DNA from: Candidatus Heimdallarchaeota archaeon
GTDB taxonomy: Archaea > Asgardarchaeota > Heimdallarchaeia > Heimdallarchaeales > Heimdallarchaeaceae
DNA length: 21,560 nucleotides
Assembly (NCBI GenBank): GCA_023139025.1
Contig: JAGLOH010000003.1
Span: 1 to 21,560, forward strand
Reading direction: 5' to 3'
This document shows, one piece after another, positions 15,746-21,560 of the stretch. The notes beneath the pieces are model-generated. The model worked only from the letters and a program-made list of their open reading frames with translations. It had not been told where the DNA came from and ran no database searches. Each line of letters begins with the position of its first letter. Positions within the stretch are counted from its first letter, which is position 1. The position numbers were made by a program, and so were the translations under genes.

Positions 15746-16538
15746 GGTTTTTCTGTCCGGTATAATCTCTAATTAATCTTTGAATAAACTTTGGATCTCG
15801 AATCAATGGTCTAGCAACAGATACCGCTTTTGCTCCTGCTTCAAGCATTGTCTTAATGTCGCTTATAGTTTGAACAGAGTTATTTCCGATAATTGGTATA
15901 TCAGTTGAATTAACGAGGTTATGGATTATTTTAATATTTGCTCTATTGTGCCCTGGTAGCATAGCATCAGAATGAATGAAACTAATTGAAAATTCATCTA
16001 AAATTCTTACAAATTTTTGATACTCATTAACTAAATATCCTCGAATTTTTATTCCTAAAGGAAATGTAGGAAGTATTGCTCGTATATTATTAAGTAAGAG
16101 TTCCAAACTTTCTAGGTTAATAAGTAAACTTTGTCCCCCGTTGGTGTTGATAATTTCTTCTTGACGACAATGAGCATTTATTTCTATAAAATCAACAAAT
16201 TCAGTAAATTTCTTCAACCACATTTTAGTTAGATTATCAATTCTAGAAAATCTTATGTTAACATTTATGGATTGATGTTTGTAAAGTTTCACAAGATCTA
16301 GATTCTTTATGCACCACAGTCTAGCATCCTTCTGTTTTGTTGGAAGAACAAACTCCCTTCTCCCTCTTTCAATCATTTTAATTGTTGCTTTATGAGATTC
16401 ATAATCTATGGAAAATCCCCCCAAAGTTACCATACTAGCACCATATCTCAGAATTTCTTGGCAAAAATTTCTATTTGAAATACCAGCTAAGGCAGATTGA
16501 ACAATTGGTGGTCTAAATTTAAAACCAAAATCTATCAT
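15720..16538 (-). CDS. Dus/NifR3-related, DHODH-like flavin TIM-barrel protein (archaeal family, function unassigned)
   Basis: PPIVQSALAGISNRNFC (cf LAPMAGVTDxPFR), EINAHCRQEEI..GGQSLL (cf DINxGCPxxKV..GxGSALL), LGIKIRG (cf VKIR), IPIIGNNSV (cf ANGGI), AKAVSVARPLI (cf GVMIGRGAL). The start is 4 nt after the cofD stop and the end overlaps cofC by 26 nt. Confidence 0.65.
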   Translation of the reverse strand: MIDFGFKFRPPIVQSALAGISNRNFCQEILRYGASMVTLGGFSIDYESHKATIKMIERGRREFVLPTKQKDARLWCIKNLDLVKLYKHQSINVNIRFSRIDNLTKMWLKKFTEFVDFIEINAHCRQEEIINTNGGQSLLINLESLELLLNNIRAILPTFPLGIKIRGYLVNEYQKFVRILDEFSISFIHSDAMLPGHNRANIKIIHNLVNSTDIPIIGNNSVQTISDIKTMLEAGAKAVSVARPLIRDPKFIQRLIRDYTGQKNHGSNNNSL

Positions 16539-16542
16539 CGGA

Positions 16543-17469
16543 TTATCTCCTATTTAGAATGAAAGAGGAAAGCTTCTTGGGGATAGTTTCATCACTAAAG
16601 AGAATGTTTTGTGTAAGAACTTCTAAACCTGTTTCTTTTTCAATTTCCTCAATATAATTCTTGTCTGTTTCATGAATTATTATAGTGCTACATATGTCCT
16701 TATACAGCTTTGCCACACCTACAGGAGATATCTCAAAACCTTTAGTTTTCATCAACTTACCTGTCGGTCCACTAACAGGTGCTTCACCAATAATTGGACT
16801 TATAGATATACATCTGCTTTTGTTTTCTTCAAGCTTTTTTCTAATGGGTTTAATGTCAATAATAGGGCCAATACTGGTGATTGGGTTACTAGGACCAATT
16901 ATTATTAATTCTGAAACATCCAATTCATTTAGAGCCAAGTTTGGAACTATTGCTTTTTCAAGATCTTTAACATAAATATCCTTAATTTCGATTTCTCCTT
17001 TGTTTTTCACCCAAAATTCTTGGAAGTGAATATTTCTATCATCCTCAGTAATAATACGCGTTTCAATATGAGTTTCTGAACTTGGAAAAATCTTTGCTCC
17101 AATGCCTAGTTTCTCTCTCAAATTATTGATTATTACAGATTGATTTACTCCTTTTTGCATTTCATTTGTCCGAAAAACTTGCATCCCTAGGTCTTTGTCT
17201 CCTAACTGGAACCAAGTGTTTACCCCATACCTGTTTAGGAAGTCTAGAGTATTGTAAGTTTCATTTAGTACACCCCAGTATTTTTCTGTATCTAATAGAT
17301 TACTAAAGAGATAAAGAATTGTATCAATATCTGGAGAAACATAGTAACCATACACCCAGAAATTGTCTGCAGAATTGGCAATTATAGATATCTGTTCTTC
17401 TGGAATATTACTTCTAAAACCTTGAATTAGCTTTGGGGTTCCTGTTCCTCCAGATAGGAAAGTTATCAT
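16543..17469 (-). CDS. cofD: 2-phospho-L-lactate transferase CofD (LPPG:FO transferase), F420 biosynthesis
   Basis: MITFLSGGTGTPKLIQG is the CofD/YvcK N-terminal signature. IIIGPSNPITSIGPI is the conserved C-terminal motif. GAGGGT SD-like sequence upstream of ATG 17469. Confidence 0.85.
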   Translation of the reverse strand: MITFLSGGTGTPKLIQGFRSNIPEEQISIIANSADNFWVYGYYVSPDIDTILYLFSNLLDTEKYWGVLNETYNTLDFLNRYGVNTWFQLGDKDLGMQVFRTNEMQKGVNQSVIINNLREKLGIGAKIFPSSETHIETRIITEDDRNIHFQEFWVKNKGEIEIKDIYVKDLEKAIVPNLALNELDVSELIIIGPSNPITSIGPIIDIKPIRKKLEENKSRCISISPIIGEAPVSGPTGKLMKTKGFEISPVGVAKLYKDICSTIIIHETDKNYIEEIEKETGLEVLTQNILFSDETIPKKLSSFILNRR

Positions 17470-17502
17470 TTTGAACCCTCATGATTTTGAAATTTAAAGA
17501 AA

Positions 17503-18414
17503 TTATTTAGCTGATTTTTTTGAGGTTTTTGCTTTAGATTTTGTAGCTTTTTTACTTGGTGTTTTCTTTGGTTTTGCGGCTGTCTTACTTGGTGTTTTCT
17601 TTGGTTTTGCGGCTGTCTTACTTGGTGCTGTTTTTGGTTTTGCGGTTGTCTTACTTGGTGCTGCTTTTGGTTTTGCGGTTGTCTTACTTGGTGCTGCTTT
17701 TGGTTTTGCGGTTGTCTTACTTGGTGCTGCTATAGTTTTATCTTCAACTGGTTTTTCAGGTGTTTCTTTAGGCTTTTTTGGAGGGGTTTTTCTTGTTGTT
17801 TTCTTTTTAATAGTTCCTGTTTCTACTAAACGAAGTCTCGATGTTGACTTTATAACGACTCTATAATAAGATCCATTTTCTCCCATATCTGGATTTCGAA
17901 CGATTTTGATAACATCACCAGGTTTTGCTTGAATAGCTTTCACAGCTGCATCACTTTCTAGGATTTTAGGTATTTGATGTTTTTCAATTTGGTATCTCTC
18001 TAAGAAGTACTTTATTTCCGGTGATTTAAGCATAACATGTTGACGAACCATTGCATGATCAAAGATGTTAAACAGTGGATTGTTACTACTTATAATTTCA
18101 ATACCCAGTTTAATTGACTCTTTCTTTGCATAATGAGTTAAAGGTGATTCTGCAATAAGGAGGGCTTCACCAAGCTTTTCTTCCTCTTGTAGTTTTCCTA
18201 AAAGTCTAATTAATTTTACTCCAATTTGAGGATTTTTTGGAAATCGTGCAATTGCTGTTATCTTTTCTTTTTTTTCAGAAATTTTATCAGCATAAATGTC
18301 TAGGAAATCGTCATCTTCTTTGGTATTTTTAATTTGAAATCCTCTAAATTCAAGAATTTCTTTAACACCATCCATTATCCTCTTTTCCTTAGCCTTTTGT
18401 TCTTTAGAAGACAA
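17503..18414 (-). CDS. rpoH: RNA polymerase subunit Rpo5/RpoH, full-length Rpb5-like (N-terminal Rpb5 domain + H domain) with a Lys/Pro/Ala/Thr-rich repeat tail
   Basis: C-domain: NIFDHAMVRQHVMLKSPEIKYFLERYQIEKHQIPKILESDAAVKAIQAKPGDVIKIVRNP...YYRVVI (cf human [60 protein letters not shown]..YRLV). N-domain: RFPKNPQIGVKLIRLLGKLQEEEKLGEALLIAESPLTHYAKKE (cf [43 protein letters not shown]). TTG start 18414 has GAGGT 7 nt upstream; ATG 18375 is an alternative. Confidence 0.8.
   Translation of the reverse strand: MSSKEQKAKEKRIMDGVKEILEFRGFQIKNTKEDDDFLDIYADKISEKKEKITAIARFPKNPQIGVKLIRLLGKLQEEEKLGEALLIAESPLTHYAKKESIKLGIEIISSNNPLFNIFDHAMVRQHVMLKSPEIKYFLERYQIEKHQIPKILESDAAVKAIQAKPGDVIKIVRNPDMGENGSYYRVVIKSTSRLRLVETGTIKKKTTRKTPPKKPKETPEKPVEDKTIAAPSKTTAKPKAAPSKTTAKPKAAPSKTTAKPKTAPSKTAAKPKKTPSKTAAKPKKTPSKKATKSKAKTSKKSAK
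17549..17731 (-). repeat. 33-bp tandem repeat, ~5.5 copies, in frame within the rpoH-like tail (11-aa unit APSKTTAKPKA)
   Basis: The anchor TTACTTGGTG recurs at plus-strand 17552, 17585, 17618, 17651, 17684 and 17717, an exact 33-nt period. The three central copies are almost identical. Confidence 0.9.
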
Positions 18415-18447
18415 ATAAGTTACCTCTGCCCCATTAATAATCAGTTA

Positions 18448-18455
18448 ATTTAAAA
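18448..18455 (-). promoter_or_regulatory. TATA-like element upstream of the rpoH-like gene
   Basis: The minus strand reads ATTTTAAATT about 35-40 nt upstream of TTG 18414, inside the 70-nt gap after the Zn-ribbon gene. Confidence 0.3.
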
Positions 18456-18484
18456 TCTTTTGACAAGTGAGAGGTTTTTAAAAG

Positions 18485-18841
18485 TTATTTTTCTTCCTCT
18501 TCTGTTTGAAATTTGATATAGTAAGAACCATCTTTATTCCTGCTTACTATTGGTTTATTATCACTACTATCTGAAAGCAATTTTTCAATATCTACTTCAA
18601 AAACTCCATCACTTGTAAGTCTGATCTCTTCAACACCCTCTTTTATATCTGTTTGGTGGATCTCTTTTTCTACAATAAGTTCAAGTTCTTCTTCCTTTTT
18701 CTGATCTGAAGACTTTTCTCTATAAGTTTTGAATTTGAAGGATCCACAGAAAGGGCATCCATTAAGCAGGATTTGACTATTCAACTCAAGTTTCTTATCA
18801 CACAGTGCGCACAGTGTTATTTTATTAGATGGTTTTGACAT
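18485..18841 (-). CDS. Zn-ribbon protein of the archaeal DUF2072/COG3364 type
   Basis: LCALCDKKLELNSQILLNGCPFCGSFKF (cf xCxxCGxxFxDGSxExLxGCPxCGGxKF). The C-terminal EEIRLTSDGVFEVDIEKLL...KDGSYYIKF resembles the family's conserved tail as I recall it. I prefer ATG 18841 (M13); the listed start 18877 would overlap the upstream gene. Confidence 0.6.
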   Translation of the reverse strand: MSKPSNKITLCALCDKKLELNSQILLNGCPFCGSFKFKTYREKSSDQKKEEELELIVEKEIHQTDIKEGVEEIRLTSDGVFEVDIEKLLSDSSDNKPIVSRNKDGSYYIKFQTEEEEK

Positions 18842-18869
18842 ATAATCACTTGACTCCAGATTGGTTTTT

Positions 18870-19730
18870 CTATTCAATTTTTATACTTGAATTATATAAG
18901 AAAGGACCTTTATGATTACATTTTGGACATCCTTTGTTTTCTAGTTCATCAATGGAATTGAATTCACCCTCAGATCCTACATTGAAGCTTTCTCCACATA
19001 TTGTTTTGCACTTATATAGTTGTAAATGACTATTGCTTTCTCTATAATACATTGGCCCATAGTAATGATTTGCTATGGTTTCTTTAGAATTTTGCTTTAC
19101 TTTAATTATGTATAAGTCTGAGACTGTTTTGTTCAGAGGAGTTTTGTACTCATAGCTGTTGAAATCAGTTTTCTTTTCTTCTATTTCCAAATTCATTGTT
19201 TTAATTAGTTCTTCCAGAATGTCTTCTTTTTCACTTTCAATATCAAAAGATAGAAAGATTTTTGATGATGATTCCTTGTTGGCACATTGCACAGCTCTTG
19301 TTAAACCAACCTCTAATCCCTCCTTTGTCATAGGAGGTTCAACAAAAATATAGTCAAATTGATTTTTTAGAATAAGTATCATTCGAACCCGGATATCATG
19401 ATTTACATATCGTATGGTTCTAATCTTTTGTTTAACTTTCATATTAAAAACAATTTCAGGAATTCTTTTGTCTATATCTAGGACTGCTAAATCCTTTGGT
19501 TTTGAAAGAATACCTAATGGTAAAGAAGAAAGATCCATATCCCCTAGAAAAATAATTCTCTTTCCATTATAATCATCAGGATGTTCTAAGAGGACTCTTT
19601 CAATACTAGATGTCTTTGAAACATAATATTGATCATAATCACTATTTGGAATTCCACGTAGCTCTTGTAGTTCAAAATAAGCTTTGTCAATTCTTTCAAA
19701 AAGTTCTTCCTCAGTAGGAATTGTTTTCAT
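18870..19730 (-). CDS. DUF43 / BpsA-like class I methyltransferase-fold (aminopropyltransferase-like) protein with C-terminal Zn ribbon
   Basis: YDQYYVSKTSSIERV, GKRIIFLGDMDLSSLPLG, VLDIDKRIPEIV and FDYIFVEPPMTKEGLEVGLTRA follow the DUF43 order (QxxxTxET..R, GDDDLxS, DIDxR, FxTDPPxTxxG). The C-terminus has CKTICGE...CPKCNHKG. I prefer ATG 19730 over the adjacent TTG 19733. Confidence 0.55.
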   Translation of the reverse strand: MKTIPTEEELFERIDKAYFELQELRGIPNSDYDQYYVSKTSSIERVLLEHPDDYNGKRIIFLGDMDLSSLPLGILSKPKDLAVLDIDKRIPEIVFNMKVKQKIRTIRYVNHDIRVRMILILKNQFDYIFVEPPMTKEGLEVGLTRAVQCANKESSSKIFLSFDIESEKEDILEELIKTMNLEIEEKKTDFNSYEYKTPLNKTVSDLYIIKVKQNSKETIANHYYGPMYYRESNSHLQLYKCKTICGESFNVGSEGEFNSIDELENKGCPKCNHKGPFLYNSSIKIE

Positions 19731-19751
19731 CAAGAAGGGCTAATTTTACTA

Positions 19752-19759
19752 ATTTAAAA
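19752..19759 (-). promoter_or_regulatory. TATA-like element (TTTTAAAT on minus strand) upstream of the DUF43-like gene
   Basis: Its centre is about 26 nt upstream of ATG 19730, consistent with a leaderless mRNA. Confidence 0.3.
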
Positions 19760-19775
19760 AAGATTCGTTGCCATC

Positions 19776-21554
19776 TTAGGAAAGAAAAGTAAGTTGTTTG
19801 AGAACGTTGAATAACTCATCAATAGGCAGTTTTTGTAATTTTTCATTATCTCTTGTTTTTCTTTCTAGCTCTTTTAGTAAAATACTATATTCATAAGCTG
19901 ATTTAGCTAGTTTTGCAAAGGTTGAATCAAATTGTGCAACAGATTGTAAATGATCACTTGCATCTTTTGCTGCCTTTGCTCCATCGTTAAAGTGAGAGGC
20001 AGCTTTGTAATTTTCCTTATTAGTATCTGCACCAATTCCAAAGATTGCTTTCTTTGTTGCTTCTAAGAAATCGGTTAAAGCAAGAGATAATATCTTCTTA
20101 ATTTCAATTGCATTCCAGTTGATATTTGAATCCTCTAAATCAAACATTTTTTTATGATTCAATAGTTCTGAACAGTTTTCAGCAATTCGTTTGTTTATTA
20201 TATCAAATAGAGCAAAATGATTGAAGTTGTGATTTATAATTGTAAAATAATTTTCCTTTATAGAATCTTCTGCTGATAGTGAGTATCTATATCCCTTAGC
20301 AATTTTATCTATTACAGTATTTAAAAACAGATACTGTCTGGATAGTTCAAATAAACGTAATTCTACGTCCTGCCCTAGAATGAATGTTTGACTATACCTG
20401 TGTTCTACCCATTCCTTATTTATATTTGATTCACTGCTCAATTGAGATATTTCTAGTGCTTTTGTTGAATAATAATGAGCTTTAGCATGATATATAATAT
20501 CTAAAACTTCATTTTTTTCTTTTTCAACGAGATTCTGTTCTAAATACACAGAGTTAGCCAAATACTCAAGACATTCAATATCTTTTACAATGTAAACTTT
20601 CTTTTCTGTTTTAGGAAGGAAATAAGCCGATATCTTTATTGTTTCTATATTTTCTAGTAAAGGTTGTATATCTTCAGATTTTATTTTTGTATCTGCTTTT
20701 TCTATTTCTATCAATTGAGTAGAGATATCGTTGATTGTGTATTCTAATCTCTCAATAAAACGAACTAAGTTTTGTTCTGCTCTTACCATTGCATCTTTGA
20801 AGGGTATATTTTCAAGTAAAGCAATTTTTAACTCTTGAACAAAGTTTAGGTAAACAAATGGGAGACTACTTACATAATTGATATTTACCTTTAAACCTGG
20901 TTTATTTACTATTTCTTCTATTTGTTCTACGATGCTCTGGATTTCTTCTTTCTTCTCATCAGCAATTATATTGTACAGCATTGAAGTTTTAGCAGCAAGC
21001 TCTGCAATTCCATGAAAGAAACCATGAATTATTTCTTCTTTTTTGATAGTTTCTTTCAATTTCACAGTTCTTTCGTTCGTTTCCACATTGGAATCTAAGG
21101 TTTTCAAAGCCTCTTCCTCTAGTCCTAGAACGAGATTCAGATATTCAACACTTGCAATGAAACTATCACTTTTAGCTGCTTCGAAACTCAATCTGAGATA
21201 ATGGTCAATAAGCTCTTTATTTCTTTGAGCTTGATTTAAAGAGATATGACTTATTTCAATTTGATTTCCTTTTAATTCTGGATCTTCAGGTATTTGTTTA
21301 TAATAATCTAGTGCTACCTCAAGATGACTTAGGCTTCTTTCAAAAGCAAAATGTGTAGCTATTGAATCTTTCCACCACCAATCTTCTCCCACTCTTTTTA
21401 GAAATTGTGCAGTGAAGGTAACATCAAATTCTGCCATTATTAGTTCATAAGCACCCTTTTCCTCGATCAATTTTTCCTTGCTATATCCATTTGGTGATTC
21501 TTCTAAAAGTCGTATAATTTGTTTTTTTTGGTTAAGTAATAGAAAGGTCAACAT
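19776..21554 (-). CDS. Hypothetical 592-aa all-alpha protein, no family recognised. The N-terminus may extend beyond the window.
   Basis: Long uninterrupted ORF with coding-like composition and helix-favouring, heptad-like segments throughout. The N-terminal KQIIRLLEESPNGYSKEKLIEEKG is reminiscent of a winged-helix segment. There is no in-frame stop between ATG 21554 and the window edge. Confidence 0.6.
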   Translation of the reverse strand: MLTFLLLNQKKQIIRLLEESPNGYSKEKLIEEKGAYELIMAEFDVTFTAQFLKRVGEDWWWKDSIATHFAFERSLSHLEVALDYYKQIPEDPELKGNQIEISHISLNQAQRNKELIDHYLRLSFEAAKSDSFIASVEYLNLVLGLEEEALKTLDSNVETNERTVKLKETIKKEEIIHGFFHGIAELAAKTSMLYNIIADEKKEEIQSIVEQIEEIVNKPGLKVNINYVSSLPFVYLNFVQELKIALLENIPFKDAMVRAEQNLVRFIERLEYTINDISTQLIEIEKADTKIKSEDIQPLLENIETIKISAYFLPKTEKKVYIVKDIECLEYLANSVYLEQNLVEKEKNEVLDIIYHAKAHYYSTKALEISQLSSESNINKEWVEHRYSQTFILGQDVELRLFELSRQYLFLNTVIDKIAKGYRYSLSAEDSIKENYFTIINHNFNHFALFDIINKRIAENCSELLNHKKMFDLEDSNINWNAIEIKKILSLALTDFLEATKKAIFGIGADTNKENYKAASHFNDGAKAAKDASDHLQSVAQFDSTFAKLAKSAYEYSILLKELERKTRDNEKLQKLPIDELFNVLKQLTFLS

Positions 21555-21560
21555 TACTTC

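Noticed and set aside
17549-17731. Possible CRISPR array or minisatellite, because of the regular 33-bp period
   Set aside because: The repeats are contiguous with no spacers. They are in frame inside a long ORF and encode a coherent 11-aa unit. No cas genes or leader are present.
1-21560. Defence islands, toxin-antitoxin pairs, prophage or transposon content
   Set aside because: No nuclease, ATPase, integrase, transposase or capsid-like ORFs were seen, and no terminal inverted repeats. The AbrB/MazE-fold protein has no adjacent toxin-like gene, since its neighbours are the CC micro-ORF and arsM, so a TA call is not supported.

Overview
Visibly AT-rich, gene-dense window of about 24 protein genes with short intergenic gaps. 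I saw no rRNA, tRNA, CRISPR array, transposase or integrase. The gene content reads as archaeal: bifunctional FBP aldolase/phosphatase, cofD/cofC for F420, Fap7-type kinase, RNA polymerase subunit H/Rpb5, an Era-like GTPase with DUF2073 and a DUF2072-type Zn-ribbon, and TATA-like boxes about 25-35 nt upstream of starts. A full-length eukaryote-like Rpb5, a PlsY homologue and the low G+C suggest an Asgard (Loki-like) archaeon; this is inference only. Most interesting: (1) a tightly coupled cofD / Dus-NifR3-like flavin TIM-barrel / cofC / M24 peptidase operon, where the middle gene is a candidate for the unassigned reductive step in archaeal F420 side-chain synthesis. (2) A vicinal-cysteine (CC) arsenic module made of an AbrB/SpoVT regulator with an N-terminal CC..CC, an unannotated 39-aa acidic CC..CC micro-ORF, ArsM, and a tandem palindromic repeat in the promoter. 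(3) An Rpb5/RpoH gene carrying the eukaryote-type N-terminal domain and a lysine-rich 11-aa tandem-repeat tail, not linked to rpoB/rpoA. (4) A class II aldolase-like gene and a class I FBPase-like gene directly upstream of the FBP aldolase/phosphatase. Lesser items are a homopolymer frameshift in a sugar-phosphate isomerase gene at the left edge, a beta-helix transmembrane protein with an unknown cytoplasmic domain, a divergent DUF43/BpsA-like enzyme with a Zn ribbon, and a 592-aa all-helical orphan. All family calls rest on motif recognition by eye; no searches were run.
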